This document shows, piece by piece, positions 1-11,155 of a DNA stretch of 64,000 nucleotides. The notes under the pieces were generated by a model. The model saw nothing but the letters and a program-made list of their open reading frames with translations. It was not told the DNA's origin and searched no databases. Both the position numbers and the translations under genes were made by a program. This DNA comes from Sedimentisphaeraceae bacterium JB056. Lineage in GTDB: Bacteria; Planctomycetota; Phycisphaerae; Sedimentisphaerales; Sedimentisphaeraceae. Within the stretch, counting starts at the first letter, position 1. The number at the start of each line of letters is the position of its first letter. The stretch spans positions 224,001-288,000 of the forward strand of contig JBITAJ010000021.1 of the NCBI GenBank assembly GCA_044440125.1, in the 5' to 3' direction.

Positions 1-289
1 CGGCATGTATTGCGGTCAAAGAAGACATCCGTTGCGGGTTAGCCATACACATTTTATTCACACTGTTATTTTTCGGTGCGACATCAGTTGTAACATTTAT
101 CGAAAAAGTAACAATATGGTCAATGCCAAAGCTATCAAAATACGGCAAGACATATTCACTACTGTTCATCGGTATATAATAATATTCACTGCTTCTGCCC
201 ATATGAGTATGAAAATCAATAACAGGAATATGATCCATAGGCAAACCTGCCTCAAAACGTCGTGCTATTTCACTATTTCGGTTATTCAT
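1..289 (-). CDS. Amidohydrolase_2-family metal-dependent hydrolase, partial (runs off the left edge)
   Basis: Not in the ORF track; manual translation from ATG at 289 gives MNNRNSEIARRFEAGLPMDHIPVIDFHTHMG...FDSFGIDHIV, with the IDxHxH metal motif. Start overlaps the stop of the upstream gene. Confidence 0.8.
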   Translation of the reverse strand, partial: MNNRNSEIARRFEAGLPMDHIPVIDFHTHMGRSSEYYYIPMNSSEYVLPYFDSFGIDHIVTFSINVTTDVAPKNNSVNKMCMANPQRMSSLTAIHA

Positions 290-1061
290 AATTGGCCTCA
301 CTCATGATCTTACGTATATTCCCTGATGCTATTGCCCGTTTATCTTCTTCTGATATCGCGGCATACCTTACTAACCCATGGAAAGAACCCGGATTTAACA
401 ACGGCAGACCTAAGCTGAAGATAAGCCTGTTTGAACCGAACGATTCGCACAATTGTCTTACCATCTGCGACTGCCATATAGACGACAGGACAAGTCTGAG
501 ATTATCCGCTCCCGCTAAAGCATCAAAAAGAGGCCTGTTAGCCCTTGATCGCCACTCCCATGTAATGACAGGCAAATCAGGAAACATATTACAGAAATCA
601 ATAACCGAATACCAGTCAATAATATCCTGCCCGCTATCCCAGGCTCGATGAGCAAGAATCAAAGGTATCCGGCGTTCTTCAAGAACCTTTGCGAGCTCTA
701 AAAAACGGGGACTTCTGTCAACTCGCCAATCACGCATCAAAGGATTAGCCATTATCGCACGTGCATTATTACTCAGTGCACGCTTGACAAAATCAGCAGG
801 CGATTCCCTGATAATATAGGCAGGATCAAACGCCCATATTGTTTTAACACGCGGGTCTTTGAATTCACTGACAGTTATATTATTAAGCTCTGGATCGTTA
901 AAACCAAGCGTAGAATAAACCAGCGACTCAGTAATAAGATATTTATCCATTACTGACAGTGCATCAGCAAAATCCCGCGGCGACTCCACCGCAGAGCGAT
1001 TTATCCGCCCTACAGGCAGAAAAGCATCAAAATACTCAAAAGTTTCATTTTTCATAATCAA
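282..1061 (-). CDS. Amidohydrolase_2-like TIM-barrel protein, apparently lacking the metal ligands
   Basis: 259 aa; C-terminal FGSNRLIFSLGLP...EEDKRAIASGNIRKI matches the family pattern; N-terminal YFDAFLPVG has no HxH. Confidence 0.7.
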   Translation of the reverse strand: MIMKNETFEYFDAFLPVGRINRSAVESPRDFADALSVMDKYLITESLVYSTLGFNDPELNNITVSEFKDPRVKTIWAFDPAYIIRESPADFVKRALSNNARAIMANPLMRDWRVDRSPRFLELAKVLEERRIPLILAHRAWDSGQDIIDWYSVIDFCNMFPDLPVITWEWRSRANRPLFDALAGADNLRLVLSSIWQSQMVRQLCESFGSNRLIFSLGLPLLNPGSFHGLVRYAAISEEDKRAIASGNIRKIMSEANYE

Positions 1062-4000
1062 TTCTGTCCATATTCTGCACGTACTGTTATTTTGTTATTC
1101 GAAGGAGTAAGGCTTATGTATTCTTTATCAGCATTAAAATCTGTATAAGACTTGCCATTTACGGTAACAGATTTCATCTTTTTACCTTCAGGATGACGCA
1201 GCCTTATAACAAGCTTCTTGTATTCATTTCTTGTTGGCGGTGTGATTTCAGCAGATATATAACCATTATCTACATTAGACTCTATTTTATAACTCACTGC
1301 ACCAAATCGGCTCTGAGCATTCTGGATACCAACCGTCATCCCATCCTTCATCCAATGATTAGTAACAAACGGAGCCAGCCACAACTCATCGCCGCGTTCC
1401 ATAAGCATCATCAATCTTGATTGAGTCAAGAACCAACCGGTCTCGTGTGTTTTATTCCATCCGCCGATGTTGTGGAAATGCTCCCAGAAAGCAAGATTCT
1501 CCTCGCTTATCATAGTAGCGGTAGCATTGAAGTATGCACGAATATAAGGCTTAACATCATCATTTTGAGCATAGACTTCGGCAATTCTGCAATAGAAAGG
1601 CTGCACTTTATAAAAACCGCCAAGATCAAACCAATCTTTCTTAACCTCTTCAAGTGAATAATCACCATGCCCTGCCATCAGGAACCATTTATCCTCAAGG
1701 TAATTAGCTATCCAGTTGATCTTTTTACTGTCTTCGATAAGTCCAAGAGCGGCTAAGTGATGAGGACCGAAGCTTACATCCTTACCCCAAGCCCTTCCGG
1801 CATCTTCTCCCGGACACATATCACCTACCGGTCCAAAACTCGTTATCAATGTAGGGCTATACGGTATCCATGTGCCGTTATTGAGTTCTATCACCGGCGA
1901 TTTCACTTGTGACCAATTATATGCACGAAGCGTTTCATTCTTAAAATCAGCGGCTTTTGCCAGAAGCATATCACTTCCCGGATAGCCTATATCATCATAC
2001 GTCTGGGCAATAGCTTTAAGTCCGGCCCAAAACTCGCCCTGAACCCTGACAATAAACGCAAATCTCTCCCAGTCGGCTGCAACTCCCGGAGGCATCAAAC
2101 CGTATTCAGGCAATTTATTACCGTAAACATCATATTTCTTAGTCTTTTCACGCTCACTGACAATCCAGTTACATGCTTTCTGAAGTTTTGGAGCAACAGA
2201 TTTAATCCATTCAGAATTACGGTGAATGAGATAATAATCATCACCAAGTGTCCAGAGATTACTGCCAAGCCCCATGAGCGTATAGCCTGTTGTAAGCAAT
2301 CCATCTTCGTTGTAACGATTGATAAAGAAATCAAGCGAACGTCTTGCAAACTCTTCCTGTCCCTGAAGACTCATGCCGCGTATGATAGACTGAGATTCGC
2401 TCTCAAGAGGTCCGTAAATTTCAGCAGATATCCACGGGGCAATCCTCGAACCATTCTCTTCATTTCTTCCCGCTATCATGCAATGAGCCTGCGAAGCATA
2501 AATCAGGTTCGTAAGGAATTTATTGGGTATATCAATCTGCATTGAAGAATCAATTATACCATTCCAGTATCTCTTTGTAGTAGCAAGCAGTCTATTTGGA
2601 GAGTCAAGATCCAGCAATTCCTGATCTGATGCATTCCAGCCTGCAATATATACAACAAACTTCTGCTGCGTACCGGCAGGCAAGATTCCACTAACAGAAA
2701 GCTTGTTGCCTTTAAGTGTAACATCAAGAGACAGATTACTCATATCTGTAAAACAGCATTGCTTACCGTTTACATCGCTCTTAAATCCACCGCCAAGCTT
2801 CTTAAGAGTCGCCACCTGATCTGCTTTTGCATTATATGTAAGCGTAAGATCGACTGCCGCTTTTTTAGATGCAGTATTTTTGACAGTAAATTCTGATACG
2901 AAAACTGACTCACGCTCAAGCCATCTCAAATTAGATTCACGGCGTTTTGACGAAGGTGCGGCATAGCTTCTCTGTATATATTCAATATCTCCGTCTACAT
3001 AGCTTTGCACCGGAATCGGCATCCACTCACCTTCAAGATAACGTGAAGTCTGCAAGTCTTTACCACTGCCGAAAGTCGGAGTGATAAAGAATGATTTGCC
3101 GGTATACTGATGCCTGTGATCAGCTATAGGTACAAGTATCAGTCCATTTTCTCTAACTATATATTTCGCATTGTCAGCCGGAAGCGAAACCATGGTAGGG
3201 CCATTATTCTGGATCTTTCTATGAGTCTTTTCCATTGCACGGACAAAGCTCTGATCAGGCATTTCCCTCACACGTTCAAGCACAGTCTTTCTGCCTGATA
3301 TTTTTTCCTGTTTGTAATCAGAAAGCGACATAGGCTTGTCAGCAAGTGTTGCAAAGAAGTCAAACTCCGGAATATATACCGCTCCATTTTCAATTATATC
3401 ATCAACAGCAACACTGAAATCACCTTCCGGTGTTCTGAGATTAAGAATCGTCCGGTCGCTTTTCGGAAGTCTTTTATTCATGGAATACTGCACAGCCAAT
3501 TCAATTGGTTCGGACATATTCCAATCCTTTTTAGTCTTATCGTCTTTGGAATCAACAATCAAACCATTGTATATTTCAAGCTCACCGGCACCTTTTCCCT
3601 GAGCAGTCTCAAGTACTAAATCTATCTTACCGAAACGATTTCTGGAAAAAGCCTTCATAGAACTTAACACAATGGGCTCGTCTGATTCGGGGAAAACAAA
3701 ACGCATCTTCACCGCACCGGGTATTATGTGCCATATATTTTCGATTTTCTTCAGGAAAACACTGATATCATCAGAGTTGACAGGTATATACCATTTATTT
3801 CCCTCTACCTCAAATTCACTGGAGAGAGTAAGCCATTCACCCTGCCATATAGAATGCCCTGCCCACCATTGAGCTTTTGTCTGAGAAGGATCAGGAACAA
3901 ACGAATCTTTATCAAATTCAATCATAAACCCACGAAAGTTCCTGTTCTCAAACCACTGAAGCCCTATAGTTTTTTTGCTATTATCAGAAGCAGGCACAAG

Positions 4001-4687
4001 ATACGTCCCATCATTTTCGGGAGCAAGCTGCGTCCCCATGAATATCTGATCTTTAGAAAGCTCCTGAACACGATTTGGATGCTGGCTCATTTTTTCAGAA
4101 TCCCATGTATACACACGAGCAAAAGGAGCTATATCAAATAAATCTCTCTTATACCATTTGTTAAATTTCGTATCAGGCAAAGGGACAAGCTCAACATCAG
4201 CCCAATTCGCCACATCACTATTCTTGCCGTCTCCGGCATCTGTTACAACCAGTTCCAGTTCATAAACATCTTTTAATGATACACTGACAGGAATAGCCCC
4301 ATCCTTTGCAGTAACTTTGCCGCTATCAAAGACGGTCTTTCCATCAGCTATAACCTGAAATACAACCGTACCAACGGTATTGCCACCCTGAACACCGGCT
4401 ACTGCACTGAATTTTTGATAATTACCAAGCAATTCCAGAACAATACTGCTTGGTGCATGAGTACCCAATCCCTTCGTATAAGTTTTACCTGATATAGTTA
4501 TCTGACGCGGAGCTTTGCCGCCGACCGGCACAACCGCTGTATCTATGCCTAATTGCCCCCAGCCCTGCGTTACAGAGATGATAGGCAGTTCTGTTTTCTT
4601 AGACTCTGCACCTGAAACACAGGCCGCAGCAATACAGGTAAAAACACCTACCAATTTCAAAAGATCATTCACAAATTTCATATTCAA
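1058..4687 (-). CDS. Secreted NPCBM/NEW2 + putative (a/a)6 glycoside hydrolase (paralogue 1)
   Basis: Signal peptide; NPCBM motifs KGLGTHAPS, VVFQVIADGKTVFDSG, DVANWAD; helical C-terminal domain with YGPLESESQ, GLMPPG, WEHF...GGWNKTHETGWF. Confidence 0.75.
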   Translation of the reverse strand: MNMKFVNDLLKLVGVFTCIAAACVSGAESKKTELPIISVTQGWGQLGIDTAVVPVGGKAPRQITISGKTYTKGLGTHAPSSIVLELLGNYQKFSAVAGVQGGNTVGTVVFQVIADGKTVFDSGKVTAKDGAIPVSVSLKDVYELELVVTDAGDGKNSDVANWADVELVPLPDTKFNKWYKRDLFDIAPFARVYTWDSEKMSQHPNRVQELSKDQIFMGTQLAPENDGTYLVPASDNSKKTIGLQWFENRNFRGFMIEFDKDSFVPDPSQTKAQWWAGHSIWQGEWLTLSSEFEVEGNKWYIPVNSDDISVFLKKIENIWHIIPGAVKMRFVFPESDEPIVLSSMKAFSRNRFGKIDLVLETAQGKGAGELEIYNGLIVDSKDDKTKKDWNMSEPIELAVQYSMNKRLPKSDRTILNLRTPEGDFSVAVDDIIENGAVYIPEFDFFATLADKPMSLSDYKQEKISGRKTVLERVREMPDQSFVRAMEKTHRKIQNNGPTMVSLPADNAKYIVRENGLILVPIADHRHQYTGKSFFITPTFGSGKDLQTSRYLEGEWMPIPVQSYVDGDIEYIQRSYAAPSSKRRESNLRWLERESVFVSEFTVKNTASKKAAVDLTLTYNAKADQVATLKKLGGGFKSDVNGKQCCFTDMSNLSLDVTLKGNKLSVSGILPAGTQQKFVVYIAGWNASDQELLDLDSPNRLLATTKRYWNGIIDSSMQIDIPNKFLTNLIYASQAHCMIAGRNEENGSRIAPWISAEIYGPLESESQSIIRGMSLQGQEEFARRSLDFFINRYNEDGLLTTGYTLMGLGSNLWTLGDDYYLIHRNSEWIKSVAPKLQKACNWIVSEREKTKKYDVYGNKLPEYGLMPPGVAADWERFAFIVRVQGEFWAGLKAIAQTYDDIGYPGSDMLLAKAADFKNETLRAYNWSQVKSPVIELNNGTWIPYSPTLITSFGPVGDMCPGEDAGRAWGKDVSFGPHHLAALGLIEDSKKINWIANYLEDKWFLMAGHGDYSLEEVKKDWFDLGGFYKVQPFYCRIAEVYAQNDDVKPYIRAYFNATATMISEENLAFWEHFHNIGGWNKTHETGWFLTQSRLMMLMERGDELWLAPFVTNHWMKDGMTVGIQNAQSRFGAVSYKIESNVDNGYISAEITPPTRNEYKKLVIRLRHPEGKKMKSVTVNGKSYTDFNADKEYISLTPSNNKITVRAEYGQN

Positions 4688-4722
4688 ATATTCCCCTGTC
4701 AGTTTACTCTCTTAGATAAAAA

Positions 4723-7700
4723 TCAAAAACTTGCTCTTACGATTATATCACTACCAAATGAATCAATACGGATTATTTCCTTGTCAGTATCAAAGTCTGA
4801 ACAGAACTTACCATTTACAGTAACAAACTTCATCTGCTTCTGCTGAGGATGACGAAGCCTCAATACTATTGATTTTGGTTTTGTTCTTTCAGGTGACGAT
4901 ATCACAGCTTCAACATACCCTTTTTCCACTTCAGACTTTATTTCAAAACTAACTTCACCAAATTTCGTTGGCAAATCATTTACTGCAATCCTCATGCCGT
5001 CCTGCATCCAGTTATCTGTTACAAATGGAGCAATCCACAGTTCATTATCTTTCTCATTAAGCAACATCATTCTTGTCTGCTGCAGGAACCAGCCTGTTTC
5101 ATGCGTTTTATTCCAGCCGCCAGTAGCATGGAAATGTTCCCAGAAAGTCAACAGCTCCATATTAACAATAGGTGCAATGTTATTGAAATAAGACCTTATA
5201 AAAGGCTTAATATCATCATTTAACGCATAAACATCCGTAATTCTCGGATAATACGGCTGACCTCGATAAAAACCGGTGAAATCAAACCAGTCAGCATCAA
5301 TTTTATCAACAGGAAAATCAACAGTTGGAGCCATAAAGTAACGATCTTCAAAACGATTTGCCTTAAAGTAGCCGTCTTTAGCATCAGGCTCAAGAACTCC
5401 AAGTACAACTAAATGCTGTGCTCCCATACTTACATCTTTAGCGGCAACATGACCGCCAATCATATCTTTCATGTTTCCAAACTGAGTAGCAACAGTAGGA
5501 CAATACGGCACATAACTGCCATCACCTATAGGAACCGCGGGACAATATTTCTGAGTATTGCGATAGGAACAAATAATATCATCCCGCAATTCATCCGCTT
5601 TTACAAGATAGGAGTCTGCGTCGGGATCCGCTATTTTTTCGAGAGCATTTGCAGCAGCATTTAAGCCTGCATAAAATTCCGCCTGAGGTCTGAGTCTATA
5701 GAGGAGAGCAGGCCAATCCGCGGCAGTACCAGGAGGCATCAAGCCATATTCAAGTACTCTCTTACCATCAGGTGTAAACATTTTAGTTTTTTCATGCTGT
5801 TTGACTATCCAATCACACGCAGAAGATACTTTTTGCTCATTATTTTTAAGCCATACATCATCACTATAAAGCTCATAATAACGTCCCAAAACTCTCAAAT
5901 GCCAACCTAATCCCATAAGAGTATAACCGGACGTAAGCATGCCGTCATTATTGTATCTGGCAATAAAGAAATCAAGAGCATTTCGGGCAAATTTCTGATG
6001 CCCCATAAGAGACATACCTTCAATAATAGATTGCGACTCACTCTCCATTATACCAAAATGAGCAGCTGAAACCCATGGACCAATATTGGTATGATCACGT
6101 TCGTTTCTCGCTGTTATTGTACAATTTATAATGCTCGCCTTTATAAGATTGGTAAGCTCTGAATTGGGCAGCTCTATATTCGTTCCACAGGCAAGAAATG
6201 AATCCCAGTATCTTTTCGTATCATTTAAAAGCTTCGTTGTATTAAGACCACTAAGTGATTTATAAATGTCTCTCTGAGCTGTCCACGCCGGTATAAAAAC
6301 CGTACAATGTTCACTTACACCTGCCGACATTCTGCCTTTAATAGCTATCTTCCCGTCATCAATGCCTAAAGAAAGAGAGTTCAGGCTTGAAATATCAACA
6401 AAAGCCATAAGCCGCTGATCTTTCATTACGACATATCCTGTCGGCACTTTTCGTATGACAGGTGAGGCATTTGTCCTTATATCTTCGATCAACTTTAACC
6501 GCAATGATGCTTCTTTTGAAGTGCCAGAAGTATTATTGATATTAAATTGCGAAACAAACAGAGGTTTAGTATTGTAAAATCCCGTATCATCATCCGCAAG
6601 AGGCTCTCCAAATGGAGCAACAAAACTTTTCTGCTTATAATCGATCCCATCACATGGCACTGTAATCAATGGTGCAGGATAATACGAACCTTCCAGCGAT
6701 CTTGTTTCTCCCGGGTATTTAGCAGAAGTAAACCAAGGCCAGCCTCTATGAGGATTTTCTGATGGCTCAAGAGAGCCGAAATAAGGTACGATTTCAATAA
6801 TATCCCTGCGGAATTCATCCCTATGACCTCGCTCGCTCTTTCTGTGAGATGCCGGAGCCTCAAGATTCTGAATATATCTGAGAGAGCCGTCACGCCTTAA
6901 AATAAATTTATTATTATCACAAGCAAGAGACAGCATTGCCGGACCACTATCCTGACAGGAAGGATGTATCGCATCCATTACCCTCTCAAATGACTGATCT
7001 GGCATCTGGCGAACTTTCGCAAGGGTGGTCTGCTTTGCCTCGACCTGCTTTTTGTATTCTTTAAGCGTCAACTTATTGTCAGAGGTCGCAATAAAGACTC
7101 CCAAGTCTTTAATATACACGCAACCCTCTTCAAAAATATCCATAATGTCTACGGCAAACGGATAATCAGGCATATTAAATGAGATCACAGAACGCTCTGA
7201 ATTATTAGTGCCGCTATAACAATACCTCACCTTCACAAAAGCAGGCTTCGACGTATCAAGCATCAGTTCGTTTTCACTATTTTCAGATTTTACAAACTGA
7301 GCATTACGACACTCAATCTTCAGTGGAGAGGCAACATCTTCAAATTCTATTCTGAAAGTTTCATTCTGCCATGGAAATTTCGTCAGAGCTTGCAGTTTTG
7401 TAAATATATATGAAGGAATTGCCTGAGAGAAATACCAGCGAACCTTAAATGTCCCATCTTTTCTGACATTGCAGTTCTCCGAAATCAAATATCTCAATCC
7501 CTTAGCTTCTTTTACAAGCTTTCCGGGTAAAGCAGCCCATTGCCCTTCAAATTGAGTGCCGCCAATCCAATACTCAACCCTCACTTGTGCATTGGGTGGT
7601 ATTCTCTCCGGATTTTTGAATTCAATGTAAAGCTGATCCAGATTTCTCCTGCTATACCATTGAAGGCCAATTAGTCCCTGCCCGGTAGTGGGCATGGTAG

Positions 7701-8385
7701 TGAGCATGTAACTGCCGTCTTCAAGAGGAACCATAAACCGATCAAAAAACAGATCATCAATTTCAAGCTCCTCACTTCTTCTCGGATAACTGTAATGCGA
7801 GTTCCTGAAATCCCACGTAACAACATACCCCTGATCCGCTATATCAGACAGTTCATAACCAAAAGAAGGTTTTTTGCCTGGAGATGAAACAAGCTCAATA
7901 TCCGCCCAATTTGCAATATCCCCGGCTTTACCATCACCTGCATCTGTTACTACCAATTCAAGCTTCTTGCCCCCCTTCACAGAAACATCCACTTTCGCAG
8001 GAGTAATATCACCTTTCATAATACCGCTATCGAAAACTTTTTCGCCATCAAGAACAACCTGAAAGACAACGGTTCCCGTAGTGTTGCCGCTTTGGACTCC
8101 AGCCAAGGCCTTAAAACTATCGTATTCCCCTGCCAGATTCATAACTATCCTGCTGGGAGCATGAGTCCCCAAACCATTAGCGTACGTCTTGTTCATTAGA
8201 GAAATCGCTCGAGGTTTGGTTTTATTAGGCGAAACAACTACTGTATTAATCCCTAATTTTCCCCATCCCTGACTTGTAGAAATGATAGGCAAGTCTATAT
8301 CCGAAATATCACCTGCAAAAACATAAACAGAAATAATAAATAGAAACATTCCTGAAAGTCTTATTATTCTATTCAACGATTCCAT
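4723..8385 (-). CDS. Secreted NPCBM/NEW2 + putative (a/a)6 glycoside hydrolase (paralogue 2)
   Basis: Same architecture: GLGTHAPS, MESESQ, GLMPPG, WEHFHATGGWNKTHETGWF. Confidence 0.75.
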   Translation of the reverse strand: MESLNRIIRLSGMFLFIISVYVFAGDISDIDLPIISTSQGWGKLGINTVVVSPNKTKPRAISLMNKTYANGLGTHAPSRIVMNLAGEYDSFKALAGVQSGNTTGTVVFQVVLDGEKVFDSGIMKGDITPAKVDVSVKGGKKLELVVTDAGDGKAGDIANWADIELVSSPGKKPSFGYELSDIADQGYVVTWDFRNSHYSYPRRSEELEIDDLFFDRFMVPLEDGSYMLTTMPTTGQGLIGLQWYSRRNLDQLYIEFKNPERIPPNAQVRVEYWIGGTQFEGQWAALPGKLVKEAKGLRYLISENCNVRKDGTFKVRWYFSQAIPSYIFTKLQALTKFPWQNETFRIEFEDVASPLKIECRNAQFVKSENSENELMLDTSKPAFVKVRYCYSGTNNSERSVISFNMPDYPFAVDIMDIFEEGCVYIKDLGVFIATSDNKLTLKEYKKQVEAKQTTLAKVRQMPDQSFERVMDAIHPSCQDSGPAMLSLACDNNKFILRRDGSLRYIQNLEAPASHRKSERGHRDEFRRDIIEIVPYFGSLEPSENPHRGWPWFTSAKYPGETRSLEGSYYPAPLITVPCDGIDYKQKSFVAPFGEPLADDDTGFYNTKPLFVSQFNINNTSGTSKEASLRLKLIEDIRTNASPVIRKVPTGYVVMKDQRLMAFVDISSLNSLSLGIDDGKIAIKGRMSAGVSEHCTVFIPAWTAQRDIYKSLSGLNTTKLLNDTKRYWDSFLACGTNIELPNSELTNLIKASIINCTITARNERDHTNIGPWVSAAHFGIMESESQSIIEGMSLMGHQKFARNALDFFIARYNNDGMLTSGYTLMGLGWHLRVLGRYYELYSDDVWLKNNEQKVSSACDWIVKQHEKTKMFTPDGKRVLEYGLMPPGTAADWPALLYRLRPQAEFYAGLNAAANALEKIADPDADSYLVKADELRDDIICSYRNTQKYCPAVPIGDGSYVPYCPTVATQFGNMKDMIGGHVAAKDVSMGAQHLVVLGVLEPDAKDGYFKANRFEDRYFMAPTVDFPVDKIDADWFDFTGFYRGQPYYPRITDVYALNDDIKPFIRSYFNNIAPIVNMELLTFWEHFHATGGWNKTHETGWFLQQTRMMLLNEKDNELWIAPFVTDNWMQDGMRIAVNDLPTKFGEVSFEIKSEVEKGYVEAVISSPERTKPKSIVLRLRHPQQKQMKFVTVNGKFCSDFDTDKEIIRIDSFGSDIIVRASF

Positions 8386-8439
8386 AATTCCCTTATTTAC
8401 ACTTCAATTAAATTTCGATATAGAAATACAACCGCTAAT

Positions 8440-11016
8440 CTATACCAATTCAGAAAGCCATGCCGCCGCAATAATAGAGACATCCATAATATCTACCTTA
8501 TCACTACTGTCAAAATCACCAATAGTAAATCCACCTTTGGTTTGACTAAGCCAATTAGAAACCATAATATTCAAATCTTCAGAATCTACCAGACCATCAG
8601 CATTTGCATCACCGGAAAGAATATCAAAAGCCTTGAGACTATTCTTAGAAAGCCAGAATACTTCGTTATCACTTAAAACGCTATGCCATACAGCCACTTC
8701 ATCAAATAAGCCGCCTGCGTAACGATCACTGCCCTGCAAATTTCCAGACGAATCAACATCTGTAACAGCTCCAAGACTCAAGACATCCGTACTATTATAT
8801 ATCTGACTGACAGTACCGACAGTCATCACTCCAAGATCACTGCTTTCAAGCTTAACACCATCAAGATAAAATTTCACTGCTCCATTATTGAATGTAAAAG
8901 CGACATGATGCCATGTGTTATCAAACGCATCAACATCGCTTTGATTCCAATACATCTTTCGGTTATTATTCGTGCCGTCAGCAGAAACCTGCACCGCGAT
9001 GACCTCTGAAGCATCACTTGAATCGACATATTCGGTTTCAAATATCATCCAGCCACGATTGCTGTTATCTGCAGTTCCGCCGTCAGCATCCTGGAAATCC
9101 CACTTCGACAATATATACTGAATACTTGAATTACTGCTGTCGCGATCTCTTTTGAGCCATAAAGAAACTGTAAGTTCATCTGTTATCTGTAAAGTTTCTG
9201 AGTTACCGAAATTCACGTAATCGCTGTCGCCATCAAGATCAACGGCCTCATTATTTTTATAATCAAAAGGTACAGAGCCGGCACCGGATGCAAAACCAGA
9301 ATCAGGAGCATCATCATCAATAGTACCGTCAATTTCTCCATACTGAGCCTGAGCACCCCCGTCAAAAAGCCATGATACAGTAGGTTCAGAAGGCTTTTGA
9401 ACTTCTAAGACAGGTTCTTCACCATAATAATAGTATTCAAGACTCTCATCAAAGGGGGTATAAGGCAAATCATAACCTGGAGTACTCTTAACACAAACCA
9501 TTGTAGCATTGAAGCCGACATGTCCATGTTCCACCGGAATAATCCGCGGAGGCTGCGGCCAATAACCATAAGGAGAAAGACTCGCATCAAGACCTAACTC
9601 GTAAAAGAAACTATGCTCAGCTCCCGGCAATATCGCCAATTTTGCATCCGTCCCGCTGTTAACCATCTGGTCTACAAATCCTTTGCTATGTGAAATAGGA
9701 ACAGAAGTATCTTGATCTCCGTGTACGATTAAAGCGCCTTCAAACTGCGCTGGATCCATTTGTATAGGATCTATATCATCAGGTGAAACACCAATCTTAA
9801 GAGCCTCAGAATAGGGAGTTGTAAATTTTGTCATATCACTTACAGGGCAATGAGCAACAACACCGACAACATCAGGTGCCCTGCTTACAACCCCTTGCTG
9901 AACCCAAGCCGCGGCTCTGTTTCTCAAGGCAAGTGCCAAATGGCCGCCTGCCGATGAACCCATAGTAATGGCTTTTGACGCATCAATACCATACACAGAA
10001 GCATTATCTACTAAATACTGCAGGGCTGTCATCAAATCCCATTTCATATTTTCCCACATTTCCGAAGAGTTCTTTGTACTCCAATCGGGATAATCAGGCA
10101 TAAGACGATAGCCTACGCAGGCAACGGAATAACCCATTTGTGCCATAAATATCGCAACCTGATATGTCCATGCCCGCTCGCCGCGAAACCATCCACCGCC
10201 ATGAACAAGAATAATCAGAGGAGCGCTTGCATCATCGGCAGGTCTGAATACGTCTAATTTTTGCCTGAAATTATCCGATGCATAGGGAATGTTAAAATAT
10301 TGTTTAACACCAGTATAAAGGTTGTAAACATCTGATATCTGCCAGCTTGTTAGAGCACGGTCATATACGGCAACTTCATCAATTATGCCATCAGTAGTTA
10401 TCTGACCGCCTGCCGCAGCAGTAAGATTGCCAACACAAAGATTGGTTCCCTGGTAAAGGCTGATACCACTTACAGACGCCTGAGACTCTGCAATACCATC
10501 TACATACAACGTAAAGACATCTGCAGAACGGGTTAACGCCAAATAATGCCATCCTCCATCATCAACAGTAGTTGTTCCAACAAGGTCAACACCACCTTCT
10601 ATAAACACTCTCGCTTTAGAACCGTTATTGTTGTCTGAGGAATAGAATATCATTCGTCCCGCCTGAGAACCGGCATATTGTCCGAAAAGCATACTCCTGG
10701 CACTGGTCTGTTCTATTTTAACCCAGCCCGACAATGTAAAATCATCACTTGCCGGCAACACCCCGCCTGTATCTATTGCAGATAAGCCACTCATATCGAA
10801 CGCATTATCAACAATCCCTTCAACACCGGAAACAATACTGCCGCTATTGACAGCAGAGCCTTCACCCCAATCACCTGATCCGACATTGGTAACTGCCGCG
10901 GTACTGGAAATATCACTTTCAAGATTATATCTGACCGATATATCGCCGTACACTGCTAAGGTGGTCAATATTATTATCAGACTCAATTTAGACAATAAAA
11001 AATCCAAAACACTCAT
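8440..11016 (-). CDS. Secreted LamG + alpha/beta-hydrolase esterase + LamG + dockerin-like protein
   Basis: LamG motifs (FTLSGWVK, WHYLALT, IDEVAVYDRAL); esterase motifs HGGGW, GSSAG, HGDQD, GAEH; C-terminal GDANADGLVDSEDL...NWL and GDFDSSDKVDIMDV...AWL. Confidence 0.85.
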   Translation of the reverse strand: MSVLDFLLSKLSLIIILTTLAVYGDISVRYNLESDISSTAAVTNVGSGDWGEGSAVNSGSIVSGVEGIVDNAFDMSGLSAIDTGGVLPASDDFTLSGWVKIEQTSARSMLFGQYAGSQAGRMIFYSSDNNNGSKARVFIEGGVDLVGTTTVDDGGWHYLALTRSADVFTLYVDGIAESQASVSGISLYQGTNLCVGNLTAAAGGQITTDGIIDEVAVYDRALTSWQISDVYNLYTGVKQYFNIPYASDNFRQKLDVFRPADDASAPLIILVHGGGWFRGERAWTYQVAIFMAQMGYSVACVGYRLMPDYPDWSTKNSSEMWENMKWDLMTALQYLVDNASVYGIDASKAITMGSSAGGHLALALRNRAAAWVQQGVVSRAPDVVGVVAHCPVSDMTKFTTPYSEALKIGVSPDDIDPIQMDPAQFEGALIVHGDQDTSVPISHSKGFVDQMVNSGTDAKLAILPGAEHSFFYELGLDASLSPYGYWPQPPRIIPVEHGHVGFNATMVCVKSTPGYDLPYTPFDESLEYYYYGEEPVLEVQKPSEPTVSWLFDGGAQAQYGEIDGTIDDDAPDSGFASGAGSVPFDYKNNEAVDLDGDSDYVNFGNSETLQITDELTVSLWLKRDRDSSNSSIQYILSKWDFQDADGGTADNSNRGWMIFETEYVDSSDASEVIAVQVSADGTNNNRKMYWNQSDVDAFDNTWHHVAFTFNNGAVKFYLDGVKLESSDLGVMTVGTVSQIYNSTDVLSLGAVTDVDSSGNLQGSDRYAGGLFDEVAVWHSVLSDNEVFWLSKNSLKAFDILSGDANADGLVDSEDLNIMVSNWLSQTKGGFTIGDFDSSDKVDIMDVSIIAAAWLSELV

Positions 11017-11057
11017 AATTCTTCCTTATTACGTTACTGTATTGTATAACAAGAGTA

Positions 11058-11086
11058 AGTATATTAAATAACAAACACACTGTCAA
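11058..11086 (-). promoter_or_regulatory. sigma70-type promoter for the 8440-11016 gene and downstream genes
   Basis: Minus strand TTGACA (11086-11081), 17-nt spacer, TATACT (11063-11058). Confidence 0.7.
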
Positions 11087-11155
11087 CCGCTAATTTTACA
11101 AAAACTGAAATTACACCATCATTTATAAGCAGAAAATCCTTTGTTACGACTGATT

